Positions 6,765 through 16,158 of a DNA stretch of 64,000 nt are shown here, piece by piece. This DNA is from Limisphaerales bacterium. Lineage in GTDB: Bacteria; Verrucomicrobiota; Verrucomicrobiia; Limisphaerales; JADJPG01. The notes under the pieces were generated by a model, which ran no database searches, was not told where the DNA came from, and saw only the letters and a list, made by a program, of their open reading frames with translations. The translations under genes and the position numbers were made by a program. The stretch's first letter is position 1. Each line of letters begins with the position of its first letter. The stretch is taken from contig JBGARF010000040.1 of NCBI GenBank assembly GCA_044230345.1, positions 409 to 64,408 on the forward strand, in the 5' to 3' direction.

Positions 6765-9700
6765 CTACTGCACGACAGCTATCTTACCATCTGCTCCTAC
6801 CTCGATCCCTTTCGCTCCCATCGGAATATCACCCGTCGTTGTCTTTCCGCCCGGCCAGCGCACCCAGATTCGATTTACCCGCTCGATAGACATCACTTGG
6901 GTCGTGCTGTCTTGCGACCAGTAGCCAGACCCAACGTGAATTTCGCGGGCAGGACCGGCCTGGTCGTGATGAAGCAAGCGGATGGTTGATCCCACTCCTC
7001 CGGGATTCCCTGGTGGTCCCTTTAACCGAACGCGCAGGCCGGGCAGAGCGTTGAAATTCTTAAACAGCCTTGTCTGCGCTGAATTCTGGGTGACGACCAA
7101 ATCGAGACGGCCATCACCATCGTAATCGCACAGGGCCGCAGCGCGCTGCTCGCCGCGAATATCGATGCCGCTCTCTTGCGTCGACACCGAGCTGAAGCCT
7201 CCCCGGCCATCACCACGCAGCCACAAGCCGCGCCCCGCATCGCAGCGGGAAGCTTGACCCGGCAGGCCGAAAAAGTTCTGACTGAGAAACAAGTCCTCAT
7301 GGCCGTCGCCATCGAGATCGGCCGCGCAAACCGCGAAGGCTGGCGCCATCTGCGCTTCGAGCGGCAAAGCACGGGCCTCGAAGTGGTTGCCGCGGTTCAG
7401 GAATACGGTTGACTCCAGCCAGGTTGCGGAAAGTTCTCGCTCGCTTTTGAGTCGTTCGCCGTAAATCTGCCCAAGATCGGCCAGGCTGAAGGCCTCGTGC
7501 GTGCTCCAGCGTTCGCGGAGGAACGGCATCGATTTGCCCGCAACCCAGAGCGGCGCTTGGGGCAACCACTTCTTCAACTGCGGATCGTGATACGCCTCGA
7601 CGATGTCCACGCTCCCGTCTTCATCCAGATCGCCGTAGAAGAGCTTGAGCGGTTGGGTTCTGAAGCGCTCGTATTTCGTATTGCGGCCCCAGTTCGACGC
7701 GGCGATGTCGAGCCGACCGTCGCCATCGAAGTCACCCGTGGTGACGCCATTCCACAAGCCAGGGTAATTGTCGAGACCAAGGGATGCCGTGATCTCGGTG
7801 AACATGCCACCGTTGTTGCGAAACACGCGGATGAAGCCCCACTCGCAGGCGAGGAGCAAATCCGGATCGCCGTCGCCATCCAGGTCGCTGAACACCGCCC
7901 CGCTCACCAGACCGAGGTTTGTAAAACGGCGCGTGTTCCCGGCATCCAGCACCAGCTTGCCATTCGCACCGCGAAACATCTGCGAGGATGCTGGTTGCGG
8001 ATACCGTCCTGGCAGGACACGTCCGCCGACGAACAAATCCAGATTGCCGTCGCTGTCAATATCGGCCATCGCCAGCGAGCCGGGGCTGGATGAATGCGCC
8101 GGCAGACTGCCATCCTCTTTGTGGGCCATCACATCGAACTGCCGCACCACGCTGCCGGTTGTTTGACCGTCCTCATAATTGGCGGAACCGGCGAGCAACA
8201 CCGTTCGCTCCGACTCTGGATGCCAGCCAAGCACACCGGTTTGGTCACGCGCCAGCGCCTCGGTCAGCCAGGGTCCGTTCAGCGGCTGAAACCCTCCTTC
8301 GCGGTCGTTGCGAAACACGACCATTTTGCCTCCACTGCCACTCCCGATGATCAAGTCATCCCAACCGTCCGCATCCAGGTCAAACCAGCTTGCGCCGGGA
8401 CCGAGCTGGCCCAGGCGGTGAGGAAGCAGCGGCTGGCGGGAAAACTCGTCGAACGGATCGTCGTGATGAATATGATTGAGAAGGTCGCTGACGTCCTTGA
8501 AAAGCGGACTGAGACGTGGTGAGTCCGGTGTGATCTGCGATGGACTATTGGTGGCAGACGATTCCTCGATTTCGTAAATGCAATTGGCCTGCGCTTCCTT
8601 GAGCACACTGCGCTTTCCGCTGCGCCAGGTTACTTCGATGGTCAGCTTGTTTGACGGGGAGCCGGCCGCGAACACCCGCATCGCCTCGTCGGATGAAAGA
8701 TAGCGCCCGCCACAAATGATCTCCTGGCTTTGCGTCACGGGGCCTCCGATGACCTTGATCTTTGCGCCAATGCCGTGCGTGTTGGGGGCCTTGCCGTTCA
8801 ACCGGACGGCCACGCGCGGCGCGGCGGCTTCGTTACGATACACGAACGCCGGGCCGTTGAGATTGTTTACAACCACATCCAGGTCACCGTCATTATCGAG
8901 GTCGGCCAGTGCCATCCCTTGCGCGACACTGCGGGCGTTGAAACCCCATGCGTCCGTCATCTCGGTGAACGTTAAGTCACCAAGGTTGCGGAAGGCGAGA
9001 TTACCAGTGTCAAGGCGAGGAAACAGCTTTCGCAGGCGCAGTTGCTCGATGGGTGCCAGCTTTTGCCGCTTCTTGATTGCCTCCATTTGCGTGAGAGCGT
9101 CCACGTTCATCCCGTCACGCTCGAAGCCGGTGGAGACGAGAATGTCTTCCCAGCCGTCGAGATCAACATCGAGGAAGATCGGCGTCCAGGACCATTCGCT
9201 GGCTTCGAGACCGCTCAACTGCGCAATTTCGGCGTAGCTGCCGTCGCCTTGATTCAGGAAAAGCATGTTGCGCGGGTACTGAGGGCGGTTGTCCATCCGG
9301 TCTGCCGCCATTGGCTCCGCTGACAGATCGTATTTCTGCGTATGCCGTCGCGTGTGAAGTCGGCTCAACATATCGACGACGAAAATGTCGTCGAGACCGT
9401 CGCGGTTGATGTCCGCAAAGTCCACCCCCATCGACGAAAGACAGACCTGTCGGATGGCGACCCGGGGAATGGCCCGAAATGTTCCGGTTCCGGTGTTGAT
9501 CCAGATGCGATCAATTGAAGCAAAATCATTGCACACGTACAGGTCCGGAGCGCCGTCGCTGTTGAGGTCTCGGAACATCACCGACAGCCCCCAATCGAAA
9601 GGAGGCTTGTTCAGCGGCTTGCCGTCTTCGTCCAGAAAGTTTCCGCCGGTGAACAAGACGGGAACAAAACGGCCCCTGCCGTCATTGTGAAAAAGCAGAT

Positions 9701-10526
9701 CCGGCTCACCGTTCTCGACAATACGCATGCTGGCGCCTCCGCCGGCGGTTCTGGTGATGTTGAAGTTAAAACGATCCGCGAGATCCGGTTCAGTAATGGA
9801 TCGTTCGTTGACGGCCATGATTTGCGGCTGACCACTCACGTTCTTGTGGCTGAACCTCGTGTTTGGTTGATCCCGCAATGTGTAGGTGCGGTAGTTGGCG
9901 ACGTAGAGATCGAGGGTACCATCCCCATCGACATCCCCCAGCGCGAGCGACGTGCCGCCGAAGGTCGGGTTCAGGGTTTGAGGAGATTCCATAAAACGGC
10001 CTCGTCCACTGTTAAACAAAATGTGTGTTCCTTGACCAACGGAGTTCACGATGAGATCGAGATCCCCATCGCCGTCCAGATCCACAAGCGCCGTGCCCGT
10101 CGCGTCGTGGTTTGGCAGGGCGGCACCGCCAGCGTCCGGCACTTCCGCGAACTTCCAGTTCCCAAGGTTCCGGAAGAGCCGGTTCGGTCCATCAAGATTG
10201 CAAAAGTACAAATCGCACCGCCCGTCGCCATCCACATCGCCTGCGGCCACCCCGGAACCGTTGAGGTAGATCTGGTTGGTCAGATGGCGATCCTCGGCGA
10301 GCTGGTTCGTGAAGTGGACACCGGTCATCCCCGGAGGCAGCAGGGTGAAACCGGTTCGTGATCCGGCGTCCACGCGCAGAGACGCACTTCGGAATCCTGA
10401 TCCAGCCACCCAGCTCAAATCCGCTCCCTGGCCGACGAATTCCCCGGAGACGGCCAGAAGAATGGGAATAAGGTGGCGCACGCAGGTCTGGGTGCCACGC
10501 GGCAATAAGTTCAGCTCAGGCCTCAT
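6765..10526 (-). CDS. FG-GAP/VCBS repeat protein with ASPIC/UnbV domains (CRTAC1-like)
   Basis: Many DxDxDGxxD repeats and two UnbV-like segments (GIGAKIKV..GGRYLSS; GVGSTIRL..GSGYWSQ). Confidence 0.9.
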   Translation of the reverse strand: MRPELNLLPRGTQTCVRHLIPILLAVSGEFVGQGADLSWVAGSGFRSASLRVDAGSRTGFTLLPPGMTGVHFTNQLAEDRHLTNQIYLNGSGVAAGDVDGDGRCDLYFCNLDGPNRLFRNLGNWKFAEVPDAGGAALPNHDATGTALVDLDGDGDLDLIVNSVGQGTHILFNSGRGRFMESPQTLNPTFGGTSLALGDVDGDGTLDLYVANYRTYTLRDQPNTRFSHKNVSGQPQIMAVNERSITEPDLADRFNFNITRTAGGGASMRIVENGEPDLLFHNDGRGRFVPVLFTGGNFLDEDGKPLNKPPFDWGLSVMFRDLNSDGAPDLYVCNDFASIDRIWINTGTGTFRAIPRVAIRQVCLSSMGVDFADINRDGLDDIFVVDMLSRLHTRRHTQKYDLSAEPMAADRMDNRPQYPRNMLFLNQGDGSYAEIAQLSGLEASEWSWTPIFLDVDLDGWEDILVSTGFERDGMNVDALTQMEAIKKRQKLAPIEQLRLRKLFPRLDTGNLAFRNLGDLTFTEMTDAWGFNARSVAQGMALADLDNDGDLDVVVNNLNGPAFVYRNEAAAPRVAVRLNGKAPNTHGIGAKIKVIGGPVTQSQEIICGGRYLSSDEAMRVFAAGSPSNKLTIEVTWRSGKRSVLKEAQANCIYEIEESSATNSPSQITPDSPRLSPLFKDVSDLLNHIHHDDPFDEFSRQPLLPHRLGQLGPGASWFDLDADGWDDLIIGSGSGGKMVVFRNDREGGFQPLNGPWLTEALARDQTGVLGWHPESERTVLLAGSANYEDGQTTGSVVRQFDVMAHKEDGSLPAHSSSPGSLAMADIDSDGNLDLFVGGRVLPGRYPQPASSQMFRGANGKLVLDAGNTRRFTNLGLVSGAVFSDLDGDGDPDLLLACEWGFIRVFRNNGGMFTEITASLGLDNYPGLWNGVTTGDFDGDGRLDIAASNWGRNTKYERFRTQPLKLFYGDLDEDGSVDIVEAYHDPQLKKWLPQAPLWVAGKSMPFLRERWSTHEAFSLADLGQIYGERLKSERELSATWLESTVFLNRGNHFEARALPLEAQMAPAFAVCAADLDGDGHEDLFLSQNFFGLPGQASRCDAGRGLWLRGDGRGGFSSVSTQESGIDIRGEQRAAALCDYDGDGRLDLVVTQNSAQTRLFKNFNALPGLRVRLKGPPGNPGGVGSTIRLLHHDQAGPAREIHVGSGYWSQDSTTQVMSIERVNRIWVRWPGGKTTTGDIPMGAKGIEVGADGKIAVVQ

Positions 10527-11560
10527 TTGGTCAGTTTCGTCCTGGCGATCGTTCTTGCGTTTGCAAGCACGTCAGAGAGCGACACTGGCACGCCGCCGCG
10601 GCGCTTGCTTTCATCCGCAGCTTCCATGAAGGCGAAGATCTCAATGGTTTCCTCGGCTTGGACCGGAACCATTCCAGTCCTGAAGAAACGTGCAATCTGA
10701 ACGCAGAGTTCCTGGTAACCACCCTCTTTCTCGGTGTGAGCGATGCCTTTGCTCCCGAAAGCAACTGCTCCGAACGCCGCTTTGTTGCGACGAAGGCCGC
10801 GATAGCTGCCGACCCTTCCATTCTTCCACACTCCGGTCACGAGATCGGTATCTTGCGTCTGGATTCGCGTGACCGTCTCACAACCCGTGCCCATGAGCAC
10901 GAATAACGGCTCGATGCCATGAATGCCGTAGAAGAAAAAGTCCGGCGTGCCTTCCTGATAGGAACAAGGGCCCCAAGTGGCAGCACCTTCGACCGTTCCC
11001 ACCTCCTCGTTCGTCACAATCTCCGCGATACCCGGGCTGAACCGAAGCGAAGAAGTCGAGAAGCAGGGAACATGGTGTTTCGCCGCCAGCTCGTAGATGG
11101 CGATGACATCTGGGAGAGAGCCGGCGGCCGGCTTGTCGATGAAGAGCGGTTTTCCCGCTTTGATGACGGGAACCGCTTCCTGGAAATGAATGCGGCCGTC
11201 CACGCTTTCGAGTAACACTACATCCACCTTCTCCAGCAGCCTGGGAATCGCATCGACAATCTCAATGCCCATGCCGCGCAACTGCCCGGTGAAACCCTTG
11301 ACCCGGTCCCAGCTGGCCGGCATGTCCGTGCCGCCCGGATAGCCGGCCACTACTTTGATGCCCGCGAAGTCGTCGGTGGCTTTTGGATTGTTGAAGATTT
11401 TGGCGAAGGCGGGCGCGTGGGATGTATCCAGACCAATCATTCCGACTCTGAGAAGTGGCAATTCGGCTGCGCGCGTGATTGCGGCAGCGGTCAGGATAAA
11501 GCTGGAAAGAATCGCAACAAACCAACTCTCCCGCACAAATTGAAGTATCAGTTGGTTCAT
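10523..11560 (-). CDS. Gfo/Idh/MocA-family oxidoreductase, secreted
   Basis: RVGMIGLDTSH, FIDKP and YGIHG motifs, with a hydrophobic N-terminus. Start is uncertain (11560 or 11602). Confidence 0.85.
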   Translation of the reverse strand: MNQLILQFVRESWFVAILSSFILTAAAITRAAELPLLRVGMIGLDTSHAPAFAKIFNNPKATDDFAGIKVVAGYPGGTDMPASWDRVKGFTGQLRGMGIEIVDAIPRLLEKVDVVLLESVDGRIHFQEAVPVIKAGKPLFIDKPAAGSLPDVIAIYELAAKHHVPCFSTSSLRFSPGIAEIVTNEEVGTVEGAATWGPCSYQEGTPDFFFYGIHGIEPLFVLMGTGCETVTRIQTQDTDLVTGVWKNGRVGSYRGLRRNKAAFGAVAFGSKGIAHTEKEGGYQELCVQIARFFRTGMVPVQAEETIEIFAFMEAADESKRRGGVPVSLSDVLANARTIARTKLTK

Positions 11561-11620
11561 AGCATGGCTGGTTGTCGTGGGCAGGTAACTGGGCTCTCCC
11601 ATTTTAGTCGTGAACGCGCG

Positions 11621-13042
11621 TCATGCCAGGATTTCCTTCACCACGGCTCCATGCACATCGGTGAGACGATAGTCACGTCCCTGAAGGCGGTAAGTCAGGC
11701 GAGTGTGATCGAAGCCGAGCAAGTGCAGCATCGTGGCATTGAGGTCATGCACATGCACCGGGCCTTCCGCAACGTTAAAGCCAAGGTCATCGGTCACTCC
11801 ATGCACATGACCGCGCTTGACGCCGCCTCCAGCGAGCCACATCGTGAAACATCGATTGTGGTGATCGCGGCCGTCGTTGCCCCCTTGCACCATCGGAGTG
11901 CGCCCAAATTCACCGCCCCAAATGACCAACGTATCGTCGAGCAGGCCGCGGGCCTTGAGGTCCTTGATGAGCGCTGCGACGGGCTGGTCGGTGTCAGCAC
12001 AGTTTTGCTTCAAGTGTTTGACCAAGCCGTCGTGCTGATCCCATGCTTCATGGAAGAGCTGGACGAACCGCGTTCCACGCTCAATGAGCCGGCGGGCCAG
12101 GAGGCAGTTCCGGGCAAAACCGGGTTTGGTCACGTCACCATACGAGGCGCGAATATGGTCCGGCTCGGCGGCGAGGTTCATCAAGTCCGGCGCGCTGGAT
12201 TGCAAGCGGAAGGCTAGTTCGGCGCTTTGGATGCGCGCGGTGATTTCCGGGTCGCTCACGTCGGAGAACTGCTGCTCATTGAGTTGTCGCAACGTGTCCA
12301 GAGAAGCACGCTGGCTTTCCGGGTCGAACCCGGGCGGATTTGAAAGGTACAGAATCGGGTCGCCGGTGGCTCGGAAAGGAATACCGGCATAGCTGGCAGG
12401 CAGGAAGCCAGCGCCCCAATTATTGGATCCACCACTGGTGCCTTTGGCGCTGCTGAGCACAATATAGCCAGGCAGGTCTTCGGATTCGCTGCCGAGACCG
12501 TAAAGTGCCCAGGCTCCGAAGCTGGGACGGCCAAACTGCTGCGAGCCGGTGTTGAGTAATATCTGCGCTGGCGCGTGATTCACTGCATCCGTCTGCATGG
12601 ATCGGATGAAACACAAATCATCGACGATTCGAGCGGTGTGGGGCAGCAACTCGCTCAATTCCATCCCGCACTGGCCGTGTTTTTCAAACCGGAACTTCGG
12701 GCCGAGCAGCGCGGAATTCGGATTGATGAACGCGGCCCGGTAATCCTTGAGCAATTCCTTTGGCGGAAGCTGGCCGTTGCGTCGGGCGAGTTCCGGCTTG
12801 TAATCGAACAAGTCGAGGTGGGACGGGGCTCCGGCCATGAAGAGGTAAATGACGCGTCTTGCTTTCGGTGCGTAATGGGGTTGACGCGGAGCCAGGGGGT
12901 TGAGTGTCGGAGCAGCCCGGGTCTCGTGACCGAACAGACTGGCAAACGCCAGGCCGGCAAGTCCAACCCCGCAGTCGCGGAAAAACCAGCGGCGGCTGAG
13001 ATGGCGGGCTAGCTCGGTGTGCAGTTCGCGGGTGAGTTTCAT
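11621..13042 (-). CDS. DUF1501 sulfatase-like Tat protein
   Basis: SRRWFF Tat motif, GAPSHLDLFDYKP, WDQH, GEFGRTP and GRDH. Confidence 0.92.
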   Translation of the reverse strand: MKLTRELHTELARHLSRRWFFRDCGVGLAGLAFASLFGHETRAAPTLNPLAPRQPHYAPKARRVIYLFMAGAPSHLDLFDYKPELARRNGQLPPKELLKDYRAAFINPNSALLGPKFRFEKHGQCGMELSELLPHTARIVDDLCFIRSMQTDAVNHAPAQILLNTGSQQFGRPSFGAWALYGLGSESEDLPGYIVLSSAKGTSGGSNNWGAGFLPASYAGIPFRATGDPILYLSNPPGFDPESQRASLDTLRQLNEQQFSDVSDPEITARIQSAELAFRLQSSAPDLMNLAAEPDHIRASYGDVTKPGFARNCLLARRLIERGTRFVQLFHEAWDQHDGLVKHLKQNCADTDQPVAALIKDLKARGLLDDTLVIWGGEFGRTPMVQGGNDGRDHHNRCFTMWLAGGGVKRGHVHGVTDDLGFNVAEGPVHVHDLNATMLHLLGFDHTRLTYRLQGRDYRLTDVHGAVVKEILA

Positions 13043-13049
13043 GGTGGGT

Positions 13050-16000
13050 TCAGTCCTTCGTGATGGTTTCGTCGAGGTTCAGCAGGACACGGGCGACGAT
13101 GGTCCATGCCGCCGCCTCGCTCGGTGTAGTTCCCGCCGGCACGGCAGGCGGCCTAGCGGGGTCGCCGGTGGTGATTTCGCGGGCCGGAAGCCACCCGTCT
13201 GCGAGGCGTGCGCGACTCGACCGGAGCAATGCTAAAATGGCATGCGTTTCGGACGCTTCGGGCGGGCGCGAAACACAGAGATGGTAGGCGTAGCTGATGC
13301 GGCCCGAATCGCCGGGGCCGCACTCGCGCAGAACTCGGAGGGCGAGTGCGCGGGCTGCCTCCACAAAGACCGGTTCGTTCAACGTAGCAAGCATCGCCAG
13401 GGGTGTGTTGGAGCGCTGACGGCGCACGCAAGTCAGGTCGCCACTGGGTGCGTCGAGTGTTCCCAGCACCGGGTCCGGTATCGAACGTCGTCGAAAAACG
13501 TAGAGTGACCGGCTGTATCGTTCCGGGCCGGTGGCGGTCGTCCAAAAATCCATGGGCGAAAAGCTTGCGGCGCGAAGGCTTTCAGGCACGGGCGGGAAGA
13601 TGCTGGGGCCTCCAGACTTCGTGCTTAACAAACCTGAGGCGCAGAGAACGATGTCGCGGATGACCTCCGCGTCCGCTCGTAAGCGAGGCCCGCGGGCGAG
13701 CAGTCGATTGTTCGGGTCGCGCGCCAGCCGGTCCCGGGTGGCGCGAGAGGACTGGCGGTAGGTTCGGGAGGAAACGATGAGGCGCAACAGTTGCTTCTGA
13801 CTCCAGCCGTTTTCCATGAAATCCACGGCGAGCCAGTCGAGCAGTTCGGGGTGTGTCGGCGGGCTGGAGCGCACGCCGAAATCTTCCGCAGTCTCCACGA
13901 TGCCAGTGCCAAACAGTGCCTGCCACACGCGATTGACCGCCACGCGGGCCGTCAGCGGTGAGCGTTTATCGCCGAGCCATTGCGCCAGCACGAGGCGTCC
14001 GGGGTTTGCTCCAGCGGGCAGAGAATGCAGGAACGCGGGCACTCCCGGTTCAACTCGTTCCTTTGGCCTGTCCCAAGCGCCGCGATCCAGCCGGAACGTG
14101 GCGCGGTGATGCTCCGAAGAGCGTTCCGCGAGATTGAGCACGCTGGTCTTCGCTTCGGGATATTCCCGCCACAGCCGCTCAATCTCTTCATTGACGGAGG
14201 CGAAGGCCGCCACACTTGGCCGCCAGGCTGTAAAGAGTGCGGCCTGCTGCTCCAAGGTGCGGTCTTTCTCCGGCAACATCAGCGCCTCTCGCGCCTTGGC
14301 AGACAATGGGTCGGCCTGCGGGTTGGGATCCGTCGTCAAGGCCAGCCGGAAACGACCGGGGAAATTACTTTCGATTCCTGCCGGCCCAATGCCGCTGTGA
14401 CGAATGCTCACCCATACCCTCAGTCTGGCACCCTTCAAAAAAGTCTGAGGGCTGGCAAATTGCGCCACCGCCTGAGATTCGGTGTTCCGACGGCCCGGTC
14501 CCCGATCGGGGCACCACGCGGTGTCGTCATTTCCGTCGATGAGGAAGGCCACCGGGCCGACAACGCGCCGGTTATCCTTGTCACCGTCCGCATCGCGGAA
14601 TTCCGGCTCCAGTTTTCTTTCGGCGACAGCAAAATCGGCCGTAGCGTTGGTGAGCACCAGCCTGGTCCATTCCTTTTCGCCTGGCTGCAGGATCTCGACG
14701 CGTAGTTCACTCACTGCAAAAGACCCGCGGGAACTGCGTCCGGGCCCGCTGAACGGCAGGTCGCCGTGCGTGAGGGCTTCCAGCCGAAGCCCGGTCACGC
14801 CAGTGAGGACGGGCGCCGCGATCACAAAGAGTTCGCCGCGAAACGGACGGTGCCCTAACGTAAGGATGCTCTTGTCGTGGAGCTTTTCCGGATGCACGAG
14901 GCCGTTGACCCATTCCTGCTCGGTCGCATCCAACAGCTCCCATTTGCTGTTTGTGTGCTGCTGCCCCGCCCAACTGTTCAGTTGCTGTGGCCAGTCGGGA
15001 TGCACTGCCTTCAGTCTCGCTTCGAGAGTTTCGATCCCGGCGCGGATCTCATCGATTTTCTGCCGCTGTGTCGGATCATACACCCATGACTTCGCTTCAT
15101 ACGTATTATTGAGACAGGCGAACACCTGGTAGTATTCGGTCTGTGTCAGGGGATCGAACTTGTGTGTGTGACATTGCGCACACTGGGTCGAGATTCCGAG
15201 CACGACCTTGCCGATGCAGTCCATCCGATCAAACATGCCTTCCATGCGGAACTGTTCGGCGATAATCGCGCCCTCTTCATTGACCATCCCATTGCGCAGG
15301 AAACCTGTCGCGACCCGTTGCGCCTGCGTGGGGTTCGGCAGCAAGTCGCCGGCGATCTGTTCAATGAGGAACTGATCGTAGGGCTGGTCGGCGTTGAGGG
15401 CGTCAATGACCCAATCGCGCCACGCCCACTGCTCGCGCGGCAAATCCTTTTCATACCCATCGCTGTCGGCGTACCGCGCTGCGTCGAGCCAGTGCCGGGC
15501 CCACTTCTCACCGTAATGGGGTGACGAGAGGAGTATTTCGGTGAGATTTGTGTACGCGGCATTCTGGTCGCTTTTCCACTCGGACAAAAACTCGCTGAGT
15601 TGCGACGGGGACGGTGGCAGTCCAATCAGATCCAGAAAAAGCCGACGGCAGAGTTTTTCGGGTGCTGCGTCCGAGGAAGGTTCCAGACCTTCTTTTGCAA
15701 GCCGGCTGAGGACGAAGGCATCCACAGCATTTCCCGGCATTGGCGGAGGCGCTTTCACCGGCGCGGAGAACGCCCAGTGGCCTTGATACGGCGCGCCCGC
15801 CGCAATCCACGCCCGCAACTTCTCCACATCAGCAGTCTCCACCGGATGTTTCTCTTTCGGTGGCGGCATCACTTCGTCATCCTCTGCCAGAATGCGCATG
15901 AGCAACGCGCTCTGGTCTGGCCGCCCCGGCACGATGGCGGGGGCGCCGGATTTCCCGCCTTTGAACGCGGCATCCCGCATATCCAGCCGCAAACCGCCCT

Positions 16001-16145
16001 TGCGCCCCTCGTTATCCTGCCCGTGGCAATGGAAACAGTGGTCCGCAAGGATGGGCTGAATGTCCCGCGTGAAATCCGGCGTGGCGGCGCGAGGGTTGAG
16101 GATCGTTGCAACCAACCCGGTGGCGATGAGTGTGACAGGATTCAT
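13050..16145 (-). CDS. Planctomycete cytochrome c / DUF1549 / DUF1553 protein
   Basis: CFHCH, HYGEKWARHWLDAARYADS, CAQCHTHKFDP, ARVAVNRVW and PTHPELLDWLA. Confidence 0.92.
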   Translation of the reverse strand: MNPVTLIATGLVATILNPRAATPDFTRDIQPILADHCFHCHGQDNEGRKGGLRLDMRDAAFKGGKSGAPAIVPGRPDQSALLMRILAEDDEVMPPPKEKHPVETADVEKLRAWIAAGAPYQGHWAFSAPVKAPPPMPGNAVDAFVLSRLAKEGLEPSSDAAPEKLCRRLFLDLIGLPPSPSQLSEFLSEWKSDQNAAYTNLTEILLSSPHYGEKWARHWLDAARYADSDGYEKDLPREQWAWRDWVIDALNADQPYDQFLIEQIAGDLLPNPTQAQRVATGFLRNGMVNEEGAIIAEQFRMEGMFDRMDCIGKVVLGISTQCAQCHTHKFDPLTQTEYYQVFACLNNTYEAKSWVYDPTQRQKIDEIRAGIETLEARLKAVHPDWPQQLNSWAGQQHTNSKWELLDATEQEWVNGLVHPEKLHDKSILTLGHRPFRGELFVIAAPVLTGVTGLRLEALTHGDLPFSGPGRSSRGSFAVSELRVEILQPGEKEWTRLVLTNATADFAVAERKLEPEFRDADGDKDNRRVVGPVAFLIDGNDDTAWCPDRGPGRRNTESQAVAQFASPQTFLKGARLRVWVSIRHSGIGPAGIESNFPGRFRLALTTDPNPQADPLSAKAREALMLPEKDRTLEQQAALFTAWRPSVAAFASVNEEIERLWREYPEAKTSVLNLAERSSEHHRATFRLDRGAWDRPKERVEPGVPAFLHSLPAGANPGRLVLAQWLGDKRSPLTARVAVNRVWQALFGTGIVETAEDFGVRSSPPTHPELLDWLAVDFMENGWSQKQLLRLIVSSRTYRQSSRATRDRLARDPNNRLLARGPRLRADAEVIRDIVLCASGLLSTKSGGPSIFPPVPESLRAASFSPMDFWTTATGPERYSRSLYVFRRRSIPDPVLGTLDAPSGDLTCVRRQRSNTPLAMLATLNEPVFVEAARALALRVLRECGPGDSGRISYAYHLCVSRPPEASETHAILALLRSSRARLADGWLPAREITTGDPARPPAVPAGTTPSEAAAWTIVARVLLNLDETITKD

Positions 16146-16158
16146 GGTCGTGGGACAC